From NCBI GenBank assembly GCA_004764695.1, contig SMSO01000032.1, forward strand, positions 7,534,483 to 7,598,482: a stretch of DNA of 64,000 bases. The letters are read 5' to 3'. Origin of the DNA: Schizochytrium sp. TIO01 (Eukaryota; Protista; Bigyra: Labyrinthulomycetes). Positions 35,588 to 47,384 of the stretch are shown in pieces (the first letter of the stretch is position 1; each line of letters begins with the position of its first letter). Under the pieces are notes generated by a model. The model did no database searches, was not told the DNA's origin, and saw only the letters and a program-made list of their open reading frames with translations. A program made the translations under genes and the position numbers.

Positions 35588-37760
35588 AGTAAATAAACGG
35601 CCCCACAAAACCGTGATTCAAAGAAAGTTTGGCTTTTCATGATAGTAAACCCATACATGTACACATCCAAACAACAAAAATAAATATTAATTCTGAAAAA
35701 GAGAGGAAAAAAATAAAAATAAAATAAGAGGAAAAAAAGTATAACTCGAAAAAGAGACAGACTGACAGCAGACAGACCCCTTCTACTCTTAGCTTACTAG
35801 CTGGTGTTCTTACTTCACAGCCTCACTCGCCATCCGCACCGGAGACGCCTATCTCCCGTCCCTCTGGCAAGTAGCGAGGGCCCACATCCCCACAGCGCTC
35901 CCACAGCGCTCCCCATCCCTTCGTACTGAACACGGCTCCCGTGCCCAATTGAAAATTCGAGTAGTTTTGAAGAAAGAAAGAAAGAAAGAAAGAATCCTCA
36001 TATCATTCCTTCGTTCCTTCGTTCGTGGTTGATGCGAGAGATTATACATACTGCATCTATCTCGAAGTCCGCGTTTCCCGTGATCGCGGGCACCGCTCTG
36101 CAGAACGGCGTGGAAAAGTTGGCCTCGAACGAGCCCGGCATCGGCATCGGCATCCCGTCGGCCGCCCCGTCGGGGAGGAAGCGAGCTGGCCTGTCAGTCA
36201 GCCTCGGCGGCTGGATCCTGAAAACGCCTCGAAGCGATCCCTAGGCATCGATTTGCCAGCGCGCGAACACCCTCATCAGCGCCAACGTCGACGTGGAGGT
36301 GGGCACGAAGATGGACCTGAGCATGGACCTGAAGATGCATGGACCTGAAGATGCATGGAAATGAATGCACAGGGAGGAGGGCTTTGTGTGTCGACGCGGC
36401 GCTCGGGAGATTCTGCCGCATGCAGAAGAAGAAGCGGCCGCACGAAGGAGAAAGCGAAAGGTTCTCTCGCGCCGCTCGATATATGAGGAGAACTCGAACT
36501 GCTTTCTATGCGCTCTTTTCTTCAGCCGCCTCCCCAAAGTTATTCCATATCTGATCTGATCATCAGTATTAAATTATAACTGACAACAGTAGTTTGGAAT
36601 TTTTACTCTCTTTTTAATTTTTGTTGTTTTCAATTTTAGAAAATATGTGATCTTTTCTTCATCCTAAAAAGAGATTGCTTCTTGCTTGGAGGTACATATT
36701 ATATATACGGGTTCTTCTAGCCTGTTGCCTCTTGAGGGGAAAGAGGGACACTGAGGGGCTCAGAGCATCGCTCAATCGGCGCGGCTCTTGGAGACTTGGA
36801 GCGCTCTGGGTGGAGATCACAGGCGTGGCCGATCCTCAGGTTCTGCAGGGGTTTAGATCCCACGGTCCTCGAGCTCTTTCGATCTTTGCTTGCTATCTTT
36901 TGCTATCTTTTGCAATCTTTCTTTTGCGAGATCACTCATCGTTGTGATAGATTAATGCTTTCAATGGAACTTCCTCCTTTTTAATAAGCTTTTCTTTTCT
37001 CGCGCAGGGAAGAGTTCCTCCTCCTTTCGACCCTTTCCTTCGCTGTTTCTCCTCTGCTGATCCTCTCTTCCGCGCAGCTTCCGCACTCAGACCAGGATGG
37101 CGACTGAGGGAGATTAGAGGAGTTGCTGCGGGAGATTTTCAGGTGAGGCGCTGGCCTCTGTGAGGATCAAAGCCACACAAACATGGCCAGAGGAACTAAG
37201 AGGCTCTGTGGGAGTGAGAGTCTCTGAGACTGGTCAGCAAGCCATCACAAGAGAGGAGACTTCATAGACTGGTCCCTTACCACTTCCAATTAGCTGATGA
37301 GTCAGTCATTAAATAGAGATAAACTTGAAGGAAGGAAGGGAAGGAAAGAAGCAAAGAGGAAAGAAACTGAAGACAGTTCAGGGTTCATCATAGTCCTTAT
37401 ATGACTTTTCGTCTTGTTTTTGAATATTAATCATCATATTATTTTTTATAATTAAATATATTTAGTTATGAAAAGCTGATTGAGAGGATCGAATACAATT
37501 TTTTTCATTCATGAGAGATGGAGGAATCAGCAAAACTGAAACGTGGGCTAGAAGTCAGCAAGCGACCATCCTGCTTGCATCGGTGGCTGCGAACCAAAGT
37601 AGTTTGAGCCGTCAGCAAATCCCGAATTGCAAATCTCAAACAGGTCGTGCCTGTCTCGAAGTTCGTGCCGGCAACAGAAGAGGACGGCAATCGTCCCTAA
37701 CATTGAGAGTGAGTAGTTCTGTGGGATTGGACGTCAAGTGAATAAATCCAAAGCAGCAAG

Positions 37761-38591
37761 ATGGGGTCTTGTAGCCAGTATTTCCTTTATTTTATGAACT
37801 CGCTCGTGCTCCTTGTGGGCTTGGGCGTGCTCGCAATTGGCATTTTCCTTGCGGTGACCTTCAACGGCGACCAAAGCAATGTCTTCGGCGATGATTACCC
37901 GAAGTGGGCCAACTATGTGGCCATTGCAATTGGTGCAGTGATCGCCATTATCGCCGCCGTTGGTTTCTGCATCACCAAAGCTGAGAACCGTATCATGCTT
38001 GGCATCACCGGTACTCTTCAGCTCCTCTTTGCCATTGTTCTTATTGTTGCAGGTGCATTCATCCTCGTTTACACTGGCTACCTTGAAGACATCCGTGATA
38101 CCCCTGTTCTTGAGCTTGGTAGCGGTATTGGCGACTCTAAGCACTACCTCTACGACTACATTGTTGGTATCTACGAAACCTGCTGTGATACTCTTAGTCC
38201 CGCAATTGAACAGTGTAATTCAGTTGACACCTCGCTCGCTGCTATTGACCAGTACTGCTACTTCGATAGTGATAGCTTTCAGTCTGGTCAAGATATGGAC
38301 AACTCTGCCTGCACTGCCTTCCAGGACGGGGGTGAGCTCGCATGGTGCCCCACAAGCGACACCACTTCAGGCTCTGGCCTCAAGGAGTTCCAGACCGAGG
38401 CTGCTCAGTACTTCCGCGACTACATCTGGCCTGCTGCTGTTGCCCTTGTTGTCCTCGGCGGTGTACTCTTCCTTGCATGCATTGCCTCTTACCACCTTGC
38501 TTGCAAGAAGCACAGTGACGCAAACTACGAGCATGTCCCTGAGTCCACCAGCAGGCCTCAGTATGATGAAAAGGGCATGACTATGGCATAA
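37761..38591 (+). CDS. Tetraspanin-like 4-TM protein B (divergent, no CCG)
   Basis: N-terminus MGSCSQYFLYFMNSLVLLVG resembles tetraspanin TM1 (C-x-KY...N). TM2-loop GFCITKAENR. Large loop with CC plus 4 Cys, TM4, and a tail containing YEHV (YxxPhi). Strong codon bias. Confidence 0.85.
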   Translation: MGSCSQYFLYFMNSLVLLVGLGVLAIGIFLAVTFNGDQSNVFGDDYPKWANYVAIAIGAVIAIIAAVGFCITKAENRIMLGITGTLQLLFAIVLIVAGAFILVYTGYLEDIRDTPVLELGSGIGDSKHYLYDYIVGIYETCCDTLSPAIEQCNSVDTSLAAIDQYCYFDSDSFQSGQDMDNSACTAFQDGGELAWCPTSDTTSGSGLKEFQTEAAQYFRDYIWPAAVALVVLGGVLFLACIASYHLACKKHSDANYEHVPESTSRPQYDEKGMTMA

Positions 38592-39947
38592 AGCTCTTGC
38601 CTTATCGCAACATGTAAGCCAGCTTCATTCAAACGGTTTTATTTTTGCCTTGCAAGAACACCCAAATCAGGCCAAGTTTTTTGAATTTCACAAATCTATC
38701 GAACAATACTCAAACTATCCACTTCTACTACCTTTATAATTAAATCTAGTACCTGTCTTCTAAACATAAACTCAATATCAAGCATTAAGTTTCTCTCAAA
38801 AGAATGCATTTTGGCCTGGTTGCACATGGTGTGCATTACGGTCGATGAAAGTGCTCTGTATTTTTTTTTCTTCGCTTTCGAACTCTACTTCTGGACCAGC
38901 CCGAGGTTGACTATGAGGTGGAGATAAGACTCTTAGGAAGCACGTGAGAAAGCTTTGCATACTTTAAAGCTCATAGAATTAGCGATTTGCTGACCTTGGA
39001 GATGAATACCAAGGTAGACTGTCTGCTATTCTAATCAAGAACCTAAGACAGATCAAGTGTGTGCAATAAGGGAAGAACTGATGTCAGCCTGCTTTCTCAA
39101 TCGATCATTCGTTTTTTCCCCATACATAATCGCTTGTACATGCAGAGCATTTTCACATCTAGAGGCCCCTTGGTCTCACGCCTTTCTATCTAAAAGTCTC
39201 GTTCTTATCCTTGTCCTATATGATCCTTATACTTTAGAACTTCTATTATTATTATTATGTCAAAGACCTACCCCATATTACCTGCTGATCGAAAATCTCA
39301 AAATTTGTATGATGCTTTCGTTGGTAATGAGCTAAAAACAAAATGAAAACACTTGCCTCCATAAAAAGACAAGAGACGCGTATGATCGAGTGTTAATTAA
39401 AGTCGACACGCTTTCTTATGTAGGATTTACACAGGATGCATTCATTCGCTCAATGAACATTGCTTTGCCGTTTGGTCGCACTTGTCTCAGGTTCCATGCA
39501 GATGGCAACCCCGCGACTTAAAGATCTTGCTTTTCACATCTGCGAAACTACTTTTACTTTTGCCCTCAGATTGTAACATCGCTACTATCGAAGGGTATTA
39601 TGCACTGATCAATTTGGATTAGCAACATTTACTGGAACCAGGGGCTTCTTCACGGCGTACAACCGTGCCGCCAAATACTCTTCAAGATCGCAAGTAAGCC
39701 CAAAGACAATCTTGACAAAACAAACAAATATTTCACGTTGAAATTTATTATTATTATTAATGTACGCCAATGTATATGACAATTAACAATGTATATGACA
39801 ACTAAGGGAATCAACAGGTGTATACGTAGCCAGAGAGATGATATGCTTCGATCAACACTAACTCAGGTAGGTTTTGAGGCAGATGCGCTCAGAAGTGCTC
39901 TAGGACTCAACTGAGGCTTGAAGTTCTCTCTCATCAACAACAGAAAT

Positions 39948-42260
39948 TTAAGGAATTTTGTTTGTAGCCAGGGCTTCCTTGTACATCTGTATAATCTCAG
40001 GAGCTTTATGTGCTTGCGTGAAAAATGTTGCGTGTGCTACAGCCAATCCCATATATACTTGCTCCCGCTCACCAGCAGCAAGGGCTACTGTTGTAATGGC
40101 GTGCTCATCATCTGGGCGATTCTTCATGACGTAAGATTTCGCCTTTTGGAGCATGGCTCCACGAAGTCCAATAAAGTTAATAGAACACCGATCAGTATAT
40201 GGTTCAGCAACTCCGTTCTTGCGAAGTTCAGCAGTTTTTTCCAGAACCTGATCTATGTTGTCAATCAACCATCTATGCATTTTCACAATTTTATCGGGTT
40301 CACCCCACATAGGAGGCCCCAATTCTGCAGGTAAGAGTCCATGCTTAACAATTCTAGCCCCAGCAACGTCATTGTTAAAAACAGTGGCCGAGAAAAAGAA
40401 TGTGTCTTTATCGGCACGAATGAAATCCACGAAAGATGGCACTCCTTTAACGTCCAAAAAGACAACATCATCATCAACTTTGAGCAAAACATCATCATCA
40501 AGGATTTCCATATAAGAGCTTGCGTAAAACTCATAGTACACGTGCCACTTACAAATACTGGGCGTAGCAATCTTGACACGTGGATCCGCACGAGCAAGAC
40601 TATGGAGCCACTGCCTATCTGTGTACCACTGTTTATCATTTGGTCGTTTTTCCTTAGTAAGACAAGTAATATCCCATATATGCATCTCTGAAATATAGCC
40701 CTGGTCAAGAAGTTCTTTCACGTATCTCACTTGCAAATCAAAAACTCCTTCTCGACCTGCAAAATTCGTCCAGATAGTCTGAGGGGTTCGCTCTTTACGC
40801 GGGCGACGGAAAATCGAATCTCCATCAAGAAGAGGAATATCAACGTAGCGATTCTGAGATTGCATTGAATGAAACCTAGCAACTCCAGATCGAGTGTCGA
40901 ACTTTAGGATCGAGCTTAGTAGGCCAAGGTCACGCCAAACATGGTATTTCTGTTCTATCAACATCCCAGGCACATCTGAGATTGTCTGGGGCTTTCCAGA
41001 TGCTTGAGCAATAAAGGACGCAATTCTGGAAGCCTGGCGTCCCGAAAAAGAGAATTGTACTGCTTCTGCATCATCGTTCATTATATCACTCGCAGAGCCT
41101 GCCTGCTCTGTTTTTCCTGCAAACTGAGCAAACTTATCAAAATCTTTAGACAGCACAGCGATACCATCCTTGGGCAAGAAATCATTGCTAACCAAGCCTT
41201 CTTTAACTTGCCAAGGGTTACCCATACTATTACTGATCCAGCCAATTACATTCTCGCAGCTGGAATGCTCGCAAGGAAGATTGCCCCGAACTCGTTCTGC
41301 GAAATCAAACACCCGACGGCCATCCAAAAAGTTAATTGATGGGCTTGCAAAGATGACAACATCGTCTTCACGAAGAGATGTCTTATAAAAGTTGAAAATG
41401 TCCTCCACACTTGCATATCCTTCATTTGCAGCTACCCGTTTCCATACCGAGCCGAGAAACTTATTCGCATTTGATCCATGGGTAGCCGCATTCCAAACGT
41501 GAACAGTGTCAATGGAAGCAGACCCTTGAGTAAGAAACTCAGCATATTTTCTTGGCATCCCGAGAAGAGGAGCTGTTGCATCGACAGAAAATGTAGCAAG
41601 AATAATGATAGGCGCGCCATTCTCAGGACGATTCTCAAGAAACTCGTCCTGAATTAAAGATGCAGGTGGTGCATGGACAATGCTACTATCAGCCTCTGGT
41701 ACGTCTGCTGCTTGTGCGTCTGCTGCTTGTGCGTTTGCTGCTGGTGCGTCTGCTGCTGGTTCGCCTGCTGCTGGTTCGTCTGCTGCTGGTTCGCCTGCTG
41801 CTGGTTCGTCTGCTGCTGGTTCGCCTGCTGCTGGTTCGCCTGCTGCTGGTTCGCCTGCTGCTGGTTCGTTTGCTGCTGGTTCGTCCGCTACTGGTTCGCC
41901 TGCTGCTGGTTCTGACTCAGATGTTTCGGCGGGGATCACTTCATCAGGTTTGGCACGAAGATTGCCAGAGCTCCCTGTCACCTTCGCGCTCTCCTCGCTT
42001 GGACCGACATGCCCAAGGTCCTGAATTTGATCATTCGAGTGTTCATTATTTGAGGTCTCAGGTACTGTCACTTGAAAAGCGTTTTGAACCTCAAATACTG
42101 AAAAGGATTGGGACAGGACAAGAACGAGGATTATAAGACATCCAATTGAGCGCCGGCGAGAGAAACTGCTGCCTTTCGCCATAGCGATGCTTTCCATTGA
42201 AGGTGTGGAATACAGGTGATTGCTTGAAGAAGAAGAGTCACCAGGACGGTTGAATTGCAT
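39948..42260 (-). CDS. Type II membrane glycosyltransferase-like protein (GT-A DxD fold) with a repeat stalk and a duplicated domain
   Basis: Basic RRRS followed by a signal-anchor (IGCLIILVLVLS), an EPAAG repeat stalk, and a C-terminal domain FAGR...EMHIWD...LLKVDDDVVFLD...SATVFNN. The ATG at 42260 follows an acceptor-like TTTGTATCTCAG; a downstream ATG (MESIAMAKG) is also possible. Confidence 0.75.
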   Translation of the reverse strand: MQFNRPGDSSSSSNHLYSTPSMESIAMAKGSSFSRRRSIGCLIILVLVLSQSFSVFEVQNAFQVTVPETSNNEHSNDQIQDLGHVGPSEESAKVTGSSGNLRAKPDEVIPAETSESEPAAGEPVADEPAANEPAAGEPAAGEPAAGEPAADEPAAGEPAADEPAAGEPAADAPAANAQAADAQAADVPEADSSIVHAPPASLIQDEFLENRPENGAPIIILATFSVDATAPLLGMPRKYAEFLTQGSASIDTVHVWNAATHGSNANKFLGSVWKRVAANEGYASVEDIFNFYKTSLREDDVVIFASPSINFLDGRRVFDFAERVRGNLPCEHSSCENVIGWISNSMGNPWQVKEGLVSNDFLPKDGIAVLSKDFDKFAQFAGKTEQAGSASDIMNDDAEAVQFSFSGRQASRIASFIAQASGKPQTISDVPGMLIEQKYHVWRDLGLLSSILKFDTRSGVARFHSMQSQNRYVDIPLLDGDSIFRRPRKERTPQTIWTNFAGREGVFDLQVRYVKELLDQGYISEMHIWDITCLTKEKRPNDKQWYTDRQWLHSLARADPRVKIATPSICKWHVYYEFYASSYMEILDDDVLLKVDDDVVFLDVKGVPSFVDFIRADKDTFFFSATVFNNDVAGARIVKHGLLPAELGPPMWGEPDKIVKMHRWLIDNIDQVLEKTAELRKNGVAEPYTDRCSINFIGLRGAMLQKAKSYVMKNRPDDEHAITTVALAAGEREQVYMGLAVAHATFFTQAHKAPEIIQMYKEALATNKIP
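41690..41913 (-). repeat. Coding 15-bp minisatellite encoding ~15 EPAA(G/D/N)-type pentapeptides
   Basis: On the + strand, TCGCCTGCTGCTGGT / TCGTCTGCTGCTGGT units occur in tandem and degenerate toward AQAAD. Confidence 0.92.
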
Positions 42261-42774
42261 CTGAGATACAAATAAAGGTTTTTCTACAATGCAAGCCAAG
42301 TGCTTCGATGCTTGATGCACGTTTTCGCCTCGAGCAATATTAACAACAATGGCAGGTTGACAATGTTGCTAATGAGTGACAATGGCGATGGCCGTAAAAT
42401 GCGCAGTATTGAAGTGCTCCACAAGACACCTTGAACGCCCTGCTAACGAAGATTTGGGCTCACTCAAGCGTGACTCCGCACCTCCAATCCGCGCGCTCCT
42501 TGAGTACACAGAAGAGCAACTGGGCAGTCGCCCGCCCGGAACGAGCGTGTTGTATGCGCTGCCTGCGTCCGCTTTCCCTGACCCAGCCACACGCACAGCG
42601 CGGCAATGAGTTTTACTTTCCATTTTTTTCTGTGTCGCCGCTTGCTTCTTCACTTTCGAGTCCTAGAGTCATAGTCACTTTGAATAGCTCCCAATTCATC
42701 ATATACGCACATAAAGATTCCTAGTTCCCAAAACAGAACGTTTATATACAAAACAAAGGGTTGAACTCACAAAC

Positions 42775-42775
42775 A

Positions 42776-42825
<50 letters not shown>
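42775..42825. repeat. (GAAA)n microsatellite
   Basis: About 12 tandem units. Confidence 0.9.
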
Positions 42826-42826
<1 letters not shown>

Positions 42827-43588
42827 CCTTTACTTTTCCCTTTCCCCTTTCTCTTCTTCCTTTTAAAACACCAAAGCCTAACCTTCTCCTATACCAAAGC
42901 CTAGCAAGTTCAACTGATCATGTCTTTAGTCAAAGAGGCCGTATTAATAAAGCTTCACGGGACTTTCGTTGGTTCGTTCTTCTTTCGAGTACCCTCTATC
43001 GCCGTCGTCGTCGTCGTCGTCGCATGCGTGCGTGCGTGCGTGCATCTCCAATGCTTGCTTTATCGGCGCCTCTCCGCTTTTCCACGAGTTGAAAGGAAAT
43101 CGAAGGCTTCGAGTGAAGGGAGGGAGCCTCAGAAAGTCTCTGCTTCCTCCTTATGTCTTGACCAGAGTTTCGTTTTTTTTTCTTCCTTTCTTTCCTCCTT
43201 TCATTCATTGCTTTAGTTCGTTAACTTGACGAGTGAGAAAAAAAAGTTAAAAAGTTTTAAGTTAAAAGTTAAAATTGTTTTCAAGTTTTTTGTTTTTTTT
43301 TTAGGGGGAGTGACAGTTGCTAGGTGGTGCTAGTAGTGCAATATTACAAAATAAGTTAAAATGTTTTCCGTTTGGTGGCAGCATTGGAAGCAGGTGGATC
43401 AGACAGTCAGTTGAAGTAAGAGTGATCTCTCTGTATTCGGCCGATGTTATCGACGCCTCTGCAGAGCTCAGAGCTCTGAGAGGGCCCTTGAGACATGCTC
43501 GGCCAACCAGCGCCGCCGTTGAGGCAGCCAGTTTGGTTGAGCTCAGGTAGGAAAGGCAGCGCCAGAGGAGGGAAACTAACACTACACT

Positions 43589-43643
43589 CTTCTTCGTCTT
43601 CGTCTTCTTCGTCTTCGTCTTCTTCTTCTTCTTCTTCTTCTTC
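43589..43643. repeat. (TTC/GTC)n microsatellite
   Basis: CTTCGT and CTT tandem units. Confidence 0.85.
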
Positions 43644-43832
43644 TCTGTGAGAAAGAGGTTCGACGCGTCCAATTATAGGACCGCTTTCTTTTTAGTGCTC
43701 TCTAAAAAAAATAGAAAATTATCGTGACAAAAATGTTTAATGTGAAAAGAGAGCGGCCTGTAGCTAGCCGCCCTCCTACGTAAGGCTAGGAGGAGTTGTG
43801 CAGGAATACAAGAATCTAGGATGGTGTGCGCG

Positions 43833-43988
43833 AGCATAGCATAGCATAGCATAGCATAGCATAGCATAGCATAGCATAGCATAGCATAGTATAACATAGC
43901 ATAACATAGCAAAGCAAAGCAATGCATAGCATAGCAAAGTAACGCAAAGTAACGCAAAGCAAAGCAAAGCAAAGCAAAGCAAAGCATA
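43833..43988. repeat. Compound pentanucleotide satellite (AGCAT)n grading into (AGCAA)n
   Basis: Tandem AGCAT units, then mixed units, then AGCAA units. It accounts for the spurious MLCYA-repeat ORFs. Confidence 0.92.
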
Positions 43989-46900
43989 GTAATCAGAAAG
44001 ATATTTGTTTGAGGGCCGAACGTTCAACTTAGTGCATTCTTGATCTACCTGCACAAAAGGCCGCCCTATTCTTGCCAGCCTGTCACCGCTCTTTGGGATC
44101 CCTGCTCAGTAGGTAGGTACACACCGCAACGATTGCACTTCTCCAAAGAAAATGGGTGAGTGCACTAATTTACACACAATCAGATACTCACGAGTTGCAT
44201 GCGTCAAAGCCTTGCACTGCTCAAGCAGTCGTGCGTGCAAAGCAGATGGCCATGGCAAGAAGGTTTGGACGTCGAGTGTTGGGACCTCGAAGGCTTGGGG
44301 TCTGACCAGCTGGTACGTATGGAGAAAGTATGGGTTTTCTTGAAAAGCAGCTTAGCGTGGTTCCCTTAGATGACGAACTTGGAGCTGATTTTCCGAGAAA
44401 CGAAGGTGAAGAAGATTAGTTATCCATGAAGATCATTCGCCTCTCCGAGCAGTTTGGCTTCAGTTTTTATATAAAAACCAGTGCCGAGGTGGACCAGAAC
44501 TTGGGTTTCAAGAGCTTCAAGCAAAGACAAGAACCTGCGGAGTTGGTGATACTTTCTGTGCAAAACAGATAATGATGATCAAGTTGATTCGATGTTGTTG
44601 TCTTCATTCCCTTTTCTTTTAAATCGTCCATGACTTTGAGACTTTCTTCTTTTTCCATTTCTTTTTTATAAAGCTATAAATGATATTGAAATTTAATGCT
44701 CTTTTCACTCTGGAGCTCCAAGCTGCATGGCGGAAACCCGTTTTGTGCAGCTGCTGAGCTAGCTTTCCACGATTGCGGCAAACAATAGACGTTTTCAATA
44801 TCACCAACCTCTTCTTTGCCTTTTATCATCGGCAGTGAATGCATCGCGGCAGTCTTTACATCGCACACTCATAGAAAGCAAACAAATCATCTAACTTGAG
44901 TTTTTTAATTGATGATGTCAGGAAATAAGCTATATGGAGGTAGTAGACCTCGCTGGTATCGGATCGTAGCATTTCCGCTGGATTCTCGTTCATGTGGTTT
45001 TAATGAAAATTTTATTTTTATAATTTCTAGTTAGAACTTTCACTGCCGGTAAAATGGAAACAATGATCGGCGCAGAGTGGGATAGTCGCTGAGGAGCAAG
45101 ACTACTCTAGAGAACTTGAAGGCCGATATCTGTGAGAACGAAGCTCGCGTGGCCTGCTTCTGTGATTGCATACCAGGCCCCAGAAGGTTATTCACCCACA
45201 AAATTGTAATCGAAGAGGCAGATAAACCTAAACTCGAATGAAGTCTCAGTCTGGAAGTGAAGAACGGCGGTTCAACTGCCCTCGCTGTTGATGTTACTGC
45301 GGCGGTTAGAAGTAAAGGGTCAATTAGGGCTGGCGTACTCATGATGATTTCAACGAGGCAACGTCACATGCCCTTCAAGGATAAAACTGGGAAAGACGGT
45401 AGATTGCCCCTCAAGAATAAAACTTGGAAAAGACAGTAGACTTTAGAATATAGTTGCCTATCGTTGCATGAAGACTCTATCCAATTAGGACTCAGCCTGA
45501 GTATCCTGCTTCACCTGCCTGCTCCTGGTTCGCTAGCTAGTCTAATATCAACACTATGTATGGCAATAATCAAGAGAATTAGAAGCTTAAAAGTAGCTTA
45601 TGTTCGCCGAGTCTATTAACTTCGAAAAATAAAATTAAACATGAAACAAGCAGCATCCTAATGATCTGAATAAGGTAGAGGTAGGAGGTGACAGGATCAG
45701 TCACGAGTGCTTTAGTTTGCTGTGTTATTCTACTAGATAGAACACAACTCGGTGCTTTCTTATTAGCAATTAACCTGCCTTTGATTGTAAATTTACTGAC
45801 AGGACGTCAACGCAAGATTAAGATTTAACTCTTTCTGCAGAACAAACGAGGATAAATTATGCTCAGCTTTAACATCTACTAGATCTAGGTTTTGAGTTCG
45901 AAACGGTATCCATTTGGTGCATTGGTACGGCCTGCATCAATATTCATTTCCGAATTTTCAGGCTTTGATCTCTTTCAGAACCTGTGATTATACATGCAAT
46001 TGAATGGTATACCAATCAACACCACATTGCGATAATATCTTGATCATAGCTTTACATCTTGTACAGGAACTCAAAACAAAAGGGATCACTAACTAATTTT
46101 TTTTAGAATCCAAGCATGCGAATATGAGAACAAGATTGAGGAAGCTCTGCCAACCAGCTTATCGTGACAGTCAAGAATATCATTTTCAAAGAGTATCAAG
46201 ATGTTTACATTACAAAAGAAAATTGCCATCTTCATTTCTCTCAAATAAATTAAAGTAAGCTTCAGACGGAACTTCTACTTCTGATGGAAAAAGATGACTT
46301 GCAAATGCAAGAGTATATCTGACCGAAGGTTCTGATGAGGGTTGACAGGCTTGTTTGGATCTAGTTTCAAATGGCGTTGTCGAGAGAATGACAAACTCAA
46401 ACAGCGATAGAAAATGTAAGTACACAATGCTACATTGGGAAACGACAAAGATTTGGTTCTAAATAATAAACACTTCCCCCAGTGAACAAAATCCTTCAAG
46501 GTCAAATTAGCGACGGTGGTTTCATGAACAGGACTCATGGAGATGTTTTGTTTTTTGCTTTATTACTATTGACTATGACAGAGAAGATTACACACGACGT
46601 GACGCGACACGACAGGATACGACAGGACATAAATTATTATATTTCGTTTTAAAAGTATTGAAAGCGTGAAAGCACGATACCCAAAAGATATAGATGAATG
46701 GACACTACACTAAAGAGCCATCTCGCGGTAGGAGAGTACTTGTGAGCTAGGTTCAAGTTGTTACAGTGAACCATAGATTGTGCAACTATGGAGGATGCCG
46801 CGGTCTCATTTCCAAACCCCGTCATGACCTTGCGTACAATGCTTACAACCGTGCCTGATTTGGCGCAACTTAAGTATTAAAGATGGCTCTTAAGCTCTGT

Positions 46901-47384
46901 TGAAGAGCAAAATAGATGTGAACCTTTCTCATTCTAACATGTGGAAAGCTCATCCGAGAAACCCTTGCTACATATAACCCAACGTAGGGAACTCCCTCCC
47001 CAATAAACAAAGAAAAAAACAAATACAGTCTAGACTGTCTCAGATTGCTCAATTTTCCTGAAGAAAAAAGTAACCCTTACATGTTTACACCTGAGCTTCC
47101 ATGCCAGACCACTTTCCACAGCTACCCACTCATCTAATCAATGAAGTTATGCATGCCGCTGAAATACTGCTGCTATTTGTTCATGTTGAAAAGAAGCTAT
47201 AGCAAAATCACAGCTTTCAAACCACGCTATACAACCCACTCGTTGTTCTAGAAACCCAATCAGGCTTTAACAATCGATTATATCAGAACCGACAAGTCGT
47301 CCGAAGTCTTAAATGCAAGGTCCAGGTATATTTGCACTACTCACTCAACGAAGGGAATTACAAGGACTCAACTGTTACAAGGAC

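Noticed and set aside
37294-37330. CTGATGAG hammerhead-ribozyme-like core
   Set aside because: No stem II closed by CGAAA follows.
43465-43481. 14-bp palindrome CTCAGAGCTCTGAG
   Set aside because: Isolated, inside a repeat-rich block, with no associated feature.
43673-44054. MLCYA-repeat ORFs
   Set aside because: Translation of the (AGCAT)n/(AGCAA)n satellite.
46578-46590. ACAGAGAAGATTA, a 13-nt match to the U6 snRNA core
   Set aside because: The flanks do not continue the U6 sequence (no GCATGGCCCCTG downstream).
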